A DNA stretch of 63,762 nt, filler included, from Licmophora abbreviata (Eukaryota): assembly GCA_900291995.1 (NCBI GenBank). It is 17 parts of 17 records of this genome, joined end to end, with 100 filler letters (N's around TTAATTAATTAA, not from the genome) between each part and the next. Parts side by side here need not be neighbours in the genome. Positions count along the whole stretch, not along the records: positions 17,537 to 21,524 come from OLMU01003842.1; positions 21,625 to 22,876 come from OLMU01003843.1; positions 22,977 to 27,094 come from OLMU01003844.1; positions 27,195 to 30,137 come from OLMU01003846.1; positions 30,238 to 32,360 come from OLMU01003847.1; 12 more parts are not named here. One strand, given 5' to 3'. The position numbers and the translations under genes were made by a program. Positions 20,725 to 31,647 of the stretch are shown piece by piece. The notes beneath the pieces were generated by a model. The model did no database searches, was not told the DNA's origin, and worked only from the letters and a program-made list of their open reading frames with translations. Position 1 is the stretch's first letter; each line of letters opens with the position of its first letter.

Positions 20725-20844
20725 AGCGTTGCGCCCAAGTCGAAAAATCGCCCGGTTGCGTGGTCTGGCTTGATCCGTGTCAAGGCCGCTGCGGGGGCGC
20801 TGTGCGTATCGTGGAGCGCATATCAGGAAAAGGAGCGCATCCAC

Positions 20845-21081
20845 ATGTCTCACACCCCGCACGAACTGCATGAGGAATTTCCCGACAAGGCCGAGAAAAT
20901 CTCGGCACTCAAGCAATCCGACGCGCATTTCGCACGGCTGGCCGAGGAATATCACGACCTCAACCGTAAGGTTCACCGCGCCGAGACCAATGTCGAACCG
21001 GTGGCCGAACTGGTCGAGGTGGAGATGCGCAAGAAGCGCGCCGTGCTGAAGGATGAGATCTATCAGATGCTGTCGGCCTGA
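20845..21081 (+). CDS. YdcH/DUF465 family protein
   Basis: MSHTPHELHEEFP...HFARL...LKDEI; SD AAGGAG. Confidence 0.85.
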   Translation: MSHTPHELHEEFPDKAEKISALKQSDAHFARLAEEYHDLNRKVHRAETNVEPVAELVEVEMRKKRAVLKDEIYQMLSA

Positions 21082-21124
21082 CGGGCCGACACCGCAGACG
21101 AGACGACACATCCACTAGCAATCG

Positions 21125-21151
21125 AAGCGGTCGGCCCTGCCGGCCGCTTTT
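21125..21151. terminator. Terminator between convergent genes
   Basis: AAGCGGTCGGC-cct-GCCGGCCGCTT followed by TT. Confidence 0.6.
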
Positions 21152-21159
21152 GCACCTGT

Positions 21160-22623
21160 TCAGCCCACCCTGTAGGGCAGCACGTCGCGTTCGTCGGGCA
21201 TCACCTGAAGTCGTCTTTCCAGCGGCGGCACCGAGCGTTGATGGCAGTCGGTCCGCTCGCAGATGCGGCAGGAAATCCCGATCGGCTCGAAGGCGCGGGC
21301 GTTGGTCAGGTCCAGATCATCGGCATAGACCAGCGCATCGGCATGTTTCACCTCGCAACCAAGCGCGATGGCAAAGCGGCGCACCGGCGCGCCGAAGCTT
21401 CCCCCCGGTTTGCTGACATCGCGCGCAAGGCTGATATAGCGCACCCCATCCGGCGTTTCGGCCAGTTGCCGCAGGAAACGACCCGGCGTCTCGAAGGCCC
21501 GGTGTACGTTCCACAAGGGGCAGGNNNNNNNNNNNNNNNNNNNNNNNNNNNNNNNNNNNNNNNNNNNNTTAATTAATTAANNNNNNNNNNNNNNNNNNNN
21601 NNNNNNNNNNNNNNNNNNNNNNNNATGGCGCTTGGTGATGGTGCCGGCCTGATCGACGCGCACGAAAAAGAACGGGATGCCCTTGGCGCCGGGGCGCTGC
21701 AGGGTGGACAGCCGGTGGCAGACCTGTTCGATGGATGCGCCAAAGCGGTTCGCCAGAATCTCCAGATCGTGCCGCGTGTCCTGTGCCGCCTGGAGGAACG
21801 GGCCATAGGGCATGAGCGCCGCGCCGGCAAAGTAATTGGCCAGCCCGATCTTGGCGATGGCGCGGGCCGCGTCCGACTGGAACCGCGCCAGATCCAGAGT
21901 CGCCTCCAGCAGCTTGTCCTGCGTCAGAAGCGCGACCTGCAACAGCATCTGGAACGTGCGTGTCTGCGGCTCGGTATGCGAGGACAGGTAAAGCACTTTG
22001 GCGTCGCGATCGAAAAGCCGCAGTTTGCCGCTATCGACCTCGGAGACGGTGATGCCAAGCCCCGCCAGCTTTTCGGTCGCGACGTCGCGCACAGGCCGCC
22101 GGGCGCCGTCGGGGAGCGCAAAGCGTTCGGCGGCGCGGTCCATCGCGTCGATGTAATTGTCGCAGTAATGGAAGAAATCGCGCACCTCGTCCCATGGGCT
22201 TGGCTGGGTGCGCGAATCCTCGCGGCCAAGAGCTTCGTCCAGACTGGCCAGCCGCTCATGGGTTTGGCGATAGGCGCGGTGCAGTTCCAGAAAGGCGCGC
22301 GCAAGGGCCGGGGCGTTCGAGGCGGTCAGCCGCAGATCGGCCAGCGGCGGCGGATCATCGGCAAAGACCGGATCGGCCAGCGCCTCGCGCATGTCGCTGA
22401 CCATGCGTTCCGCATCCCCGGTGCTCAGCTCGGTCACGTCGAACCCGAACTCCTGTGCCAGTGCCAGAACCACCGTGGTGCTGACCGGCCGGTTGTTGTT
22501 CTCCATCTGGTTCAGATAGGGCAGCGACACGCCCAGCTTCGTGGCGAAATCCTTCTGCGTGAGGCCGAGCCGCTGACGCGTCTCGCGCAGTTTGGCCCCG
22601 GCATACAGCTTTTGCGTGGGCAT
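21160..22623 (-). CDS. pccR: Short-chain fatty acyl-CoA regulator (XRE/ScfR family, PccR-like; spans gap)
   Basis: KLYAGAKLRE, YLNQMENNNRP, HRLSTLQRP, C-terminal CRICERTDCHQR. Confidence 0.8.
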
Positions 22624-22667
22624 TCTGGTCTCCGGGATTTGCAGCTTTGCGTTCCCGGCAGGTTAGG

Positions 22668-22675
22668 TTTGCAAA
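22668..22675. promoter_or_regulatory. PccR-type half-site
   Basis: TTTGCAAA 45 nt upstream of the regulator; degenerate TTTGCAGC/TTTGCGTT at 22638-22653. Confidence 0.45.
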
Positions 22676-22694
22676 GCGATCCGCGCAAGAGGGA

Positions 22695-25687
22695 TCAGCC
22701 CGCGCCGGGCGGGGTCAGAGCGTTGCGCAGCAGCGCCAGCGGATGGGCCTTGAGCGACAGGCGCATCGCGACGTAATCCTCGACCACCTCCTCGCCCAGG
22801 GTCATGGCGGGCAGGTGGGCGGCGGGTTCGTTCAGCCCTTCGCCATCCATGTCGCCTGCGAAAAGCGGCAGCAGCCNNNNNNNNNNNNNNNNNNNNNNNN
22901 NNNNNNNNNNNNNNNNNNNNTTAATTAATTAANNNNNNNNNNNNNNNNNNNNNNNNNNNNNNNNNNNNNNNNNNNNAGCCGGTCACCGGCCAGCGCCTTG
23001 GCCTCCCACAACGCGTCACGGCGGCTGAGCCCAAGCCCGGCGAAGGCATCGGCTTCGGCCAGCCGGGTGACGGTGGCGGGCGGCACACCGGCCCGGCGCC
23101 AGACATCGCGCACCTGAAGATATCCGTTTCCGCGCGCGCCGGTGATCCATGCGGCGTCTTCCTCGGCCAGCCCCTTGACCTGCCGAAACCCCAGACGCAG
23201 CGCCAGCCCGCCATTGCCATCGGGTTCCATCACATTGTCCCAATAGCTGGCGTTGATGCAGACCGGGCGCACCGTGACCCCGTGCTCGCGCGCATCGCGC
23301 ACGATCTGGGCCGGGGCGTAAAAGCCCATCGGCTGCGAATTCAGCAGCGCGCAGGCGAAGATCCCGGGGTGGTGGCACTTGATCCATGCGCTGGCATAGA
23401 CCAGCAGCGCGAAACTGGCGGCATGGCTTTCGGGAAAACCGTAGCTGCCAAAGCCCTCGATCTGCGAAAAGCAGCGCTCGGCGAAGTCCATGTCATAGCC
23501 GTTGCGCTTCATCCCGCGCAGGAACCGGTCGCGGAATTCGCTCACGCTGCCGTGTTTCTTGAACGTGGCAAGGCTGCGCCGCAGGCGGTCGGCCTCGTCC
23601 GGGGAAAACCCCGCGCCGGTGATCGCGATCTGCATCGCCTGTTCCTGAAACAGCGGCACGCCAAGCGTCTTGCCCAGAACGGCGCCCAAGGCGTCTGACG
23701 GGAACGAGACCTGCTCCTCGCCGTTGCGACGGCGGATATAGGGATGGACCATATCGCCCTGAATGGGACCGGGGCGGATGATCGCCACCTCGATCACCAG
23801 ATCATAGAAACACCGTGGCCGCATGCGGGGCAGGAAATTCATCTGCGCGCGGCTTTCCACCTGAAACACACCCACGCTGTCGGCACGGCACAACATGTCA
23901 TAGACGCGTGGATCCTCGGGCGGCAGGGTGGCCAGCGTGTGCTCTTGGCCGTGATGCCGGGTCAGCAGCTCGAACGCCTTGCGGATGCAGGTGAGCATCC
24001 CGAGGCTGAGGACATCCACCTTCAGGATGCCAAGCGTGTCGATATCGTCCTTGTCCCAGCAGATCACGGTACGCTCGGCCATGCTGGCGTTCTCGATCGG
24101 CACCAGCTCGTCCAGCCGCCCTTCGGTGATGACGAAGCCGCCGACATGCTGCGACAGATGCCGGGGAAAGCCCTCGATCTCGTCGACCAGTTCCATGGTC
24201 TGGCGCAGGCGGCGGTCATCGGGATCAAGGCCGATCTCGCGCATCCGGTCGCGCGCCACCTGCCCCGAGGAAAAGAACCCCCAGAGCTGCGAGGACAGCG
24301 CCGATATGGTGTCCTGACTGAGCCCCATGGCGCGGCCCACCTCGCGGATGGCGCGCTTGCCGCGATAATGGATCACCGTGGCGCACAGCCCCGCGCGATG
24401 CCGGCCATAGCGGTCATAGATCCACTGGATCACCTCTTCGCGGCGCTCATGTTCGAAATCCACGTCGATATCGGGCGGCTCGTTGCGCGCCTCCGAGACG
24501 AATCTCTCGAAGACCATGGTGCCGATCTCGGGGCTGACCGAGGTGACGCCAAGACAATAGCAGACCACCGAATTGGCCGCCGATCCGCGCCCCTGACACA
24601 GGATGTCGCGGGATCGCGCAAAGGCCACCACGTCATGCACGGTCAGGAAATAGGGCTCGTATCCCAGCTTGCCGATCAGGGTCAGTTCATGCTTCAGCAT
24701 CGCGCGGACCTTGTCGCTCGCGCCATGCGGATAGCGCCAGTCCAGCCCCTTCAGCGCGAGCCGCCGCAGACGCTCGGCGGGGGTTTCGCCATCTGCCACC
24801 TCGCTGGGATATTCATAGCGCAGCTCGTCCAGCGAAAAGGCCAACCGTGCGGCGACCTCACCGGCCCGATGCACCGCGGCCTCGTGCCCGGCGAACAGCC
24901 GCAGCATCTCGGCCTCGCTGCGCAGGCGGCACTCGGCATTGGCCAGCGCCGCCCGGCCGAGATCGTCCACCCGCACCCCTTGGCGGATCGCGGTCATCAC
25001 ATCGGCCAGCTTGCGCCGCCGCCCGTGATGCATCCTCGGACAGGCCGAGGCGACGGGGGGCAGGCCCAGCCGGTCCGCCAGCTTGGCCAGCCTGTCGAAG
25101 CGCGCAGAATCCTGCCCGTCATATTCCGGTGCCATCAGCAGATGCATCTGCGCCCCCAGCCGTCCGATAAGCCGCCGCGCCTGTGCCTGCCAGTCGGCGG
25201 CCTGCGCCGGGCCGGGTGGGTGCAGCAGCAATTCCAGCCCCTCGGCGCCTTGCAGCACATCGTCCAGCGTCAGGTGACAGGCGCCCTTTTCCGCGCGCCG
25301 CCGGCCCGTGGTCAGCAACCGGCATAGCCTTGCCCAGCCGGTGCGGTCGCGCGGCAGCGCGGTCAGCGTCACGCCCTCGGTCAGACACAGCCGTGCGGCG
25401 GGAATCAGGCGGGGGATATTGGCCCAGTCCGGCCCTTCATCGGCCAGCCCTTCCGGGGCGGGCGGGCCGATGGGGCCATCGCGCGCCTCAAGCGCCTGCC
25501 GCTCGGCCACCTGTCGGCTGATTTCGCGGGCGGCGGCATGGGCGCGCACGATCCCCGCTACCGAAGTGTCATCGGCGATGGCGATGGCGGGCAGACCCAG
25601 ACAGGCGGCACGCTGCACATACTCCTCAGGGTGCGATGCCCCGGTGAGAAAGGTGAAATTCGATGTGATGGACAGCTCGGCAAACAT
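22695..25687 (-). CDS. dnaE2: Error-prone DNA polymerase (spans gap; C-terminally short)
   Basis: SNFTFLTGASHPEE, GRGSAANS, PPDIDVD, LKVDVL, FQVESRAQ; ends HPLALLRNALTPPGAG*. Confidence 0.95.
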
Positions 25688-25703
25688 GACAGGACAAGAT
25701 TAT

Positions 25704-25718
25704 ATTCACGTTTTGTTC
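25704..25718 (-). promoter_or_regulatory. LexA (SOS) box upstream of dnaE2
   Basis: ATTC-acgtttt-GTTC, one mismatch to the alphaproteobacterial GTTC-N7-GTTC. Confidence 0.75.
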
Positions 25719-25781
25719 TTTTGCGAGTCCCGATATGTCTCATCCCAGCCTTTCAGCCGCTCATTTTTTCGGTAAAAGGTT

Positions 25782-26276
25782 TCAGTGAAAGGTTTCGGGC
25801 GCGCAGGGGCCACCGCGAAAACAGCTTTGCACCCGCTCCAGCGTTTTTTCCGATGGCTTGGCAAAGCCGAAACCTCCGCAGGGCGTGACAGTCAGGCCAT
25901 AGCCCTCGCCGGTCTGTTGCAGAAATCCCAGATATTCGATCCCCGAGCGCGCCCCGGCGCACCACGGGCCAAAGCATTGCGCGTTCAGCGTGATGGGCCG
26001 GTCGAAAGGCAGAGTAAAGCCGTCCCGCGTCAGAGCCTGCCCTGTAAGCTGCGCCGGAATGGCGGTGTTTGGCGGGGTCTCGTGCTGGCGGGCCATGTCG
26101 GCCACCGGTAGCGCCGTTTCGTCGAACACCAGAACGCCGCGCACGATGACATAAGTCTCTTCGGCCTGATCGGCCTCGGCATAGCTGCGCGCGATGTCAT
26201 GCGGCAGGCAGGACAGCGCCATTGCCGGACCGGCCATCGCCGTCAGCAGCGCCAGCCCTGCCAGCCCGCGGATCAC
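25782..26276 (-). CDS. Secreted hypothetical protein
   Basis: Signal peptide ending AMA-LSC; several Cys; overlaps rppH stop. Confidence 0.8.
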   Translation of the reverse strand: MIRGLAGLALLTAMAGPAMALSCLPHDIARSYAEADQAEETYVIVRGVLVFDETALPVADMARQHETPPNTAIPAQLTGQALTRDGFTLPFDRPITLNAQCFGPWCAGARSGIEYLGFLQQTGEGYGLTVTPCGGFGFAKPSEKTLERVQSCFRGGPCAPETFH

Positions 26277-26767
26277 AGCCTTTCCCCGAAGGCCGCGAGC
26301 ACCCGTTCATAGACGCCGCGCTTGAAGGGCACGATATTGTCCAGCAGCTCTTCGGGCGCCATCCAGCGCCATTCCGAGAATTCCTGATGATCGTCGGCGT
26401 CGATCCGCACCTGATCGTCGGTGCCATGAAAGCGCAGCAGGAACCATTTCTGCTCCTGGCCCCGGAACTGCCCTTTCCACAGGCGCGGCACAAGCTCATG
26501 CGGCAACTCGTAGAGCAACCAGTCATCGGTCTCGGCCTCGACGGTGACCAGATCTCGGGTGACGCCGGTTTCTTCCTCCAGTTCGCGCAGGGCCGCCTCG
26601 CGCGGGTCCTCTCCGGCATCTATGCCACCCTGCGGCATCTGCCAGGCGGGCGGATCATGCGGCTGGCGGTCGATGCGCTGGCCGACAAAGGCATGGCCAT
26701 TCTCGTTGACCAGCATGACGCCCACATTGCGGCGATAGGGCAGGCGGGCGATGTCTTCGGGTGTCAT
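26273..26767 (-). CDS. rppH: RNA pyrophosphohydrolase
   Basis: [15 protein letters not shown], Nudix box [15 protein letters not shown]. Confidence 0.93.
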   Translation of the reverse strand: MTPEDIARLPYRRNVGVMLVNENGHAFVGQRIDRQPHDPPAWQMPQGGIDAGEDPREAALRELEEETGVTRDLVTVEAETDDWLLYELPHELVPRLWKGQFRGQEQKWFLLRFHGTDDQVRIDADDHQEFSEWRWMAPEELLDNIVPFKRGVYERVLAAFGERL

Positions 26768-26840
26768 ATCCGGGCCTTTCGTTTCGGGCGCCACTTTTGC
26801 GAAACCGCGGGCTGCGGGTCAAGCGGGGGCGTAACGCAAA

Positions 26841-26866
26841 CCGCCCGCCGGGGGACCGGCGGGCGG
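26841..26866 (-). terminator. Stem-loop after ctpA
   Basis: CCGCCCGCCGG-4 nt-CCGGCGGGCGG followed by TTT on the minus strand. Confidence 0.6.
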
Positions 26867-26888
26867 ATCATTGGACATCAGCGGCGGC

Positions 26889-27701
26889 TTACTGTGCCGG
26901 GCCGCCCAGTGTGGCCAGACCTTTGAGGATGTCGATGGCATAGGCCAGCTGATAGTCGTCCTCGCGCAGCTTGGCCGAGGCTTCGGCGCGGGCGCGTTCG
27001 TCTTCGATCTGCTTGCGCTCGTCTTCGGACAGGCTGTCATTGTCCAGACGCCCGCGCAGATCGGCCTCAAAGCGCGTGCCGCGGGGGTTTTCCTNNNNNN
27101 NNNNNNNNNNNNNNNNNNNNNNNNNNNNNNNNNNNNNNTTAATTAATTAANNNNNNNNNNNNNNNNNNNNNNNNNNNNNNNNNNNNNNNNNNNNGCGCAC
27201 CACGGTGATGATAATCTCGCTGCCGACCGGGCCGCGCATCAGGTCGACCGCCTCATCCAGCGTCAGTCCCAGAACGCTTGCGCCGTCGACATGGGTGATG
27301 AAATCTCCGGCCTCGATCCCGGCATTGTCCGCAGGCGTGCCGTCTATCGGCGAGACGACCTTTACGAAACCGTCTTCCTGCGTGACCTCGATGCCAAGGC
27401 CGCCGAATTCGCCACGGGTCTGCACGCGCATGTCGGCGGCATCCTGCGGCGACAGGTAGCTCGAATGCGGATCGAGCGAGGTCAGCATGCCGTTGATGGC
27501 CGCCTCGATCAGTTCGCCCTCGTCCACCTCTTCGACATATTGCGAGCGAATACGCTCGAATATGTCGCCGAACAGGTCCAGCTGCTCGTACACATTGGTT
27601 TGTTTTTCCGCTTCCTGGGCCAGCAGGGGGGCGGCCACCTGAGTGGTCACAACGATCCCGGCCAGCGTTCCGGCAGCGGCGGCCATAAGGAATTTCTTCA
27701 T
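26889..27701 (-). CDS. ctpA: S41 carboxy-terminal processing protease (middle lost in gap)
   Basis: LDPHSSYL, GEFGGLGIEV, PDZ domain; C-terminal DYQLAYAIDILKG. Confidence 0.9.
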
Positions 27702-27704
27702 CAA

Positions 27705-28835
27705 TCAGTCATCCTTGTCTGTCCTGAACCACTCCAGAGGATTTACCGGAGTGTTGTTTTCTCTCACTTCAATATAGAGCGTTTCCGTCTGTCTGGCACC
27801 CGTCTCCTGACCGGTCCCGGTCAGGATCACATCATCCATATCGGTCGCCCCGCCCATCAGGCCAACCGGGCTGCCCCCCGGGAGAACCTGTCCGGCTTCA
27901 CCATAGACCACGTCGAGACCGGCAAGCACCAGCAAAATTCCGGCCTGAGGTTCCAGAATAATCACGTTTCCGTAATCCAGCAGCGGGCCGCGATAGCGCA
28001 CCGTCGCGGCGGTTGGCGTCGTGACCAGGGCCTGAGGCCGCGTCACCATCACGATCCCGGGACGGGTGATTCCGGCGGCATCGGCCTCTCCGGCGCGGCG
28101 CAGGATGCGGCCATCCACCGGCAGGTTGAGTTGCCCCTTGCGGTCTTCGATCCCCGGCAGGCTTCCGGGCACCTCGTCTTGTGCGATCTCGTTCAAGCCG
28201 CTGGCGAACCCCTCCAGCGTCTCGGTCGAGGCGATCAGTAGGGCGGTCTTGAGGGGGTCTTCGGTAAACCGCCGCGGCAGATCGGTGCGATCGGCAATCG
28301 CCTTGCTCAGGGCCGTGCGCGCCTCCTGCACCCCTTCCAGACCGTCGCGCAGCGTGTTGACGGCGCTTTGCTGCAAGGCGCGCAGAATGGTCACCTCTTC
28401 CAGTGTCTTGCGCAGATCGGCGGCGCGGGCATTGAGGGCCGGTGTCACGTCCGCCACGATCATCCCCGAGCGTGCCGTGCCCACCGGCCCAGACGGATGC
28501 AGCAAGAGGACCGGGGCGGGCGTGTCGCCCATGGCCATCAGCACACCCAGAAGCTGGGCCACCTCGTCTTCGCGCGATTGCAGGTCGCGGCTCAGGGTTT
28601 CTTCGCGGATCGCGGCCCGGCGCAGCCCTTCGCGCATCGCCTGCAATCCGTCCTGATAGGCCTGAATGGTCTCGGTCAGTGCCTTGACCCGGTTGCGTGC
28701 GCCATCGGCCGCTTCCAGCATCTCGCTGGCCTCTCCAAGACGTTCGGCGGCGGCGCGCGCCGCGTCGGCGGGATCGGTCTGGGCCAAGGCGCCACCGGCC
28801 ACGAAAACCCATGCCAGCGCCGCGAGCCATCTCAT
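27705..28835 (-). CDS. envC: Murein hydrolase activator EnvC family
   Basis: Signal peptide, coiled coil, degenerate M23 domain (YGNVIILEP, LYIEVR); gpmI-envC-ctpA order. Confidence 0.85.
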   Translation of the reverse strand: MRWLAALAWVFVAGGALAQTDPADAARAAAERLGEASEMLEAADGARNRVKALTETIQAYQDGLQAMREGLRRAAIREETLSRDLQSREDEVAQLLGVLMAMGDTPAPVLLLHPSGPVGTARSGMIVADVTPALNARAADLRKTLEEVTILRALQQSAVNTLRDGLEGVQEARTALSKAIADRTDLPRRFTEDPLKTALLIASTETLEGFASGLNEIAQDEVPGSLPGIEDRKGQLNLPVDGRILRRAGEADAAGITRPGIVMVTRPQALVTTPTAATVRYRGPLLDYGNVIILEPQAGILLVLAGLDVVYGEAGQVLPGGSPVGLMGGATDMDDVILTGTGQETGARQTETLYIEVRENNTPVNPLEWFRTDKDD

Positions 28836-30386
28836 GACAAAAGGCTCTTTCCGGTCATTTCCTCGGGCTTGGGCAGGCCCATCAGCTCGAGGATCGTGGG
28901 CGCCAGATCGGCCAGCCGGCCCTTGCCAAGCCGTGCCCCCTGCGGTCCGCCCACAAGGATCACCGGCACCGGGTTCAGCGTGTGCGCGGTATGCGGCCCG
29001 CCGGACTCGGGATCGACCATGACCTCGCAATTGCCGTGATCGGCGGTCACGATCATCGCGCCGCCATGGGTCTCGAGCGCGTCCAGAACCCGCCCCAGAC
29101 CACGATCCACCGCCTCGCAGGCCGCCATCGCCGCCGCCAGATCGCCGGTATGCCCGACCATGTCGGGATTGGCATAGTTGACCACGATCAGGTCGTAGCC
29201 CTCGGCGATGGCCGCAACCAGATGGTCAGTGACTTCGGTGGCGCTCATTTCAGGTTGCAGATCATAGGTGGCCACCTTGGGAGAGGGCGCCATATAGCGG
29301 TCTTCGCCGGGTTCGGGGGCTTCCTTGCCGCCGTTCAGGAAGAAGGTGACATGGGGATATTTCTCGGTTTCGGCCAGATGAAACTGCCGCTTGCCCTGTT
29401 TGGCGACCCATTCGCCAAGGGTGTTCACGATCTCTCGGGCGGGGAACACGGTCTGCATGAAGCTGTTGTGCAACTCGGAATATTCGACCATGCCCAGCAA
29501 CGCCGCCCACTCGGGACGGGTGCCCGGATCGAAGGCGTCAAAGCCCGGCTCGGCCAGTGCACACAGGATCTCTCGGGCGCGGTCGGCCCTGAAATTCAAG
29601 CAGAAAAAGCCGTCGCCATCCTGTGCGCCGGGATAGTCGCCGATCACGGTGGGTGTCACGAATTCGTCGGTTTCCGAGCGGGCATAGGCGTTGGTCACAG
29701 CCGTGCGGGCGGTGCGGGCGCGGGCGCCCTTGGCGTGGATCATCGCCTCATAGGCTTCCTGCACGCGGTCCCAGCGATGATCCCGGTCCAGCGCGAAATA
29801 GCGCCCGATCACCGTGGCGATCCGGACGCCGGGGGCCATCTCGGATTCCAGCCGTTCCAGAAAGCCGCGGGCGGATTTGGGCAGCACGTCGCGCCCGTCG
29901 GTGATGGCGTGCAGGGCCACGGGCACACCGGCCTCGGCAATCGCGCGGGTTGCGGCAAGGATGTGATCGAGATGCCCATGCACCCCGCCATCCGACACCA
30001 GCCCGATCAGATGCGCCGTCCCGCCCGAGGCTTTCATCGCCGCGATGAAATCCTTCAATGACTTGTTTTCAAAGAAACTTCCATCCTCGATCGCAAGGTC
30101 GATCTGGCCCAGATCCATCGCCACCACGCGGCCTGCGNNNNNNNNNNNNNNNNNNNNNNNNNNNNNNNNNNNNNNNNNNNNTTAATTAATTAANNNNNNN
30201 NNNNNNNNNNNNNNNNNNNNNNNNNNNNNNNNNNNNNCCATGGGTGATCAGGGTGGCCTGCGGGCAGGTCTGCATCAGCCGGTCGAAATTCGGCGTATCG
30301 GCCAGAACGGGCGCGTTGGCCTCGGTCCTGTCGGACAGGCCCCAGCCGTCGAGGATGCACAGGACAACGGGTTTTGCTTTACTCAT
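28832..30386 (-). CDS. gpmI: 2,3-bisphosphoglycerate-independent phosphoglycerate mutase (spans gap)
   Basis: PVVLCILDGWG, SDGGVH, AETEKYPHVTFF, NPDMVGHTG, TADHGN. Confidence 0.96.
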
Positions 30387-30511
30387 GTTCTCTGCCTGCT
30401 TCCGCCCAGTTGGGGGCGTTCTAGCGTTTGTGGGCGGCGGGGTGAAGCGCCGAAAAGCCGCGCTGTGCGCGAATCGGGTTAAATCACTGGGGAAAAGCCA
30501 AGCTGCGGCCC

Positions 30512-30550
30512 TCGGTATCGTGTCGGTATAACGTCGGTATCGCGTCGGTG
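30512..30550. repeat. 11-bp-period imperfect tandem repeat
   Basis: TCGGTATCGTG TCGGTATAACG TCGGTATCGCG TCGGTG. Confidence 0.7.
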
Positions 30551-30616
30551 GTCCTGCGCGGGATAACCGCGATTAATATGGCGCGCGTTGCGCCGCGCCC
30601 GGTCACGCGCGATGAT

Positions 30617-31087
30617 TCAGGCGCGGTGATAGGGGCTGCCCGCCAGAATGGAAGCCGCGCGATAAAGCTGCTCGGCCAGCATCACCCGCACCAGCATATG
30701 CGGCCAGACCATCTTGCCGAAGGACAGGCTGAAATCCGCCCGCTGGCGCAGCGCGGGGTCAAGCCCGTCGGCGCCGCCGATCACGAAGGCCACATCGCCG
30801 CGCCCCTCGTCGCGCCAGCGCGCCAGCAGATCGGCGAAATCCGGCGAGGGCATCACCTGCCCGCGTTCATCGAGCACCGCACAGAGCGCCCCTTTGGGCA
30901 GGCTGCGGTCCAGAAGCGCCGCTTCGGCCTCCATCCCGCCGCCCTTGCGGTCCTCGACTTCATGCAGCTGAAGCGGGCCAAGCCCCAAGGGCCGGCCCGT
31001 TCTGTCGAATCGGGTCTGGTAATCGTCGATCAATGCGCGTTCCGGGCCGGTTTTCATCCGGCCCACCGCGCAGATATGGACGCGCAT
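30617..31087 (-). CDS. rlmH: 23S rRNA (pseudouridine1915-N3)-methyltransferase
   Basis: LDERG, FVIGGADG, WPHMLVRVMLAEQLYRA, PYHR. Confidence 0.96.
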   Translation of the reverse strand: MRVHICAVGRMKTGPERALIDDYQTRFDRTGRPLGLGPLQLHEVEDRKGGGMEAEAALLDRSLPKGALCAVLDERGQVMPSPDFADLLARWRDEGRGDVAFVIGGADGLDPALRQRADFSLSFGKMVWPHMLVRVMLAEQLYRAASILAGSPYHRA

Positions 31088-31453
31088 TCAGCTGTCTGCA
31101 GTGGCAGCGGCCCGCGTGGGCAACCACATTTTCTCGAGCTGGTAGAAGTCGCGCACTTCGGGGCGGAAGACATGCACGACGATGTCGCCCGTGTCGATCA
31201 GAACCCAGTCTCCGGTTTCCTTGCCTTCGATCTTGCTCGACACACCGAATTTCTGCTTGAGCCGTTCGGCCAGCTTTTCGGCGATCGAGGAGACCTGACG
31301 CGATGACCGCCCCGAGCAGATCACCATGTAGTCGCACATGGCGGATTTGCCGCGCAGGTCGATCTGCACGATCTCTTCGGCTTTGTCGTCGTCCAGTGAG
31401 GTAAGGATGCAGTCAAGCTGTGCTTCGCTTGTCACGTCCAGAATGGGCGCCAT
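31088..31453 (-). CDS. rsfS: Ribosome silencing factor (start may be CTG at 31504)
   Basis: LDDDKAEE, SGRSSRQV, DWVLIDTGDIVVHVF, FYQLEKMW. Confidence 0.95.
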   Translation of the reverse strand: MAPILDVTSEAQLDCILTSLDDDKAEEIVQIDLRGKSAMCDYMVICSGRSSRQVSSIAEKLAERLKQKFGVSSKIEGKETGDWVLIDTGDIVVHVFRPEVRDFYQLEKMWLPTRAAATADS

Positions 31454-31647
31454 CAGAGGCCCCCCTTGTTCAGCGGCTCCAGCCGCATCAACCGTAAAAG
31501 ACAGGACATGGTCCTCCTTCGTTGCACACCGTTGAGCCCCGGTGCCGGGCGTGAGTCAAATCTAGCAACAGAAAGGGGATATTTCAATGAATGCATTGCA
31601 GGGCCGGATGCATCGGCCAAGCGATGCCTGCCGGGGCCGGCCCGGGG

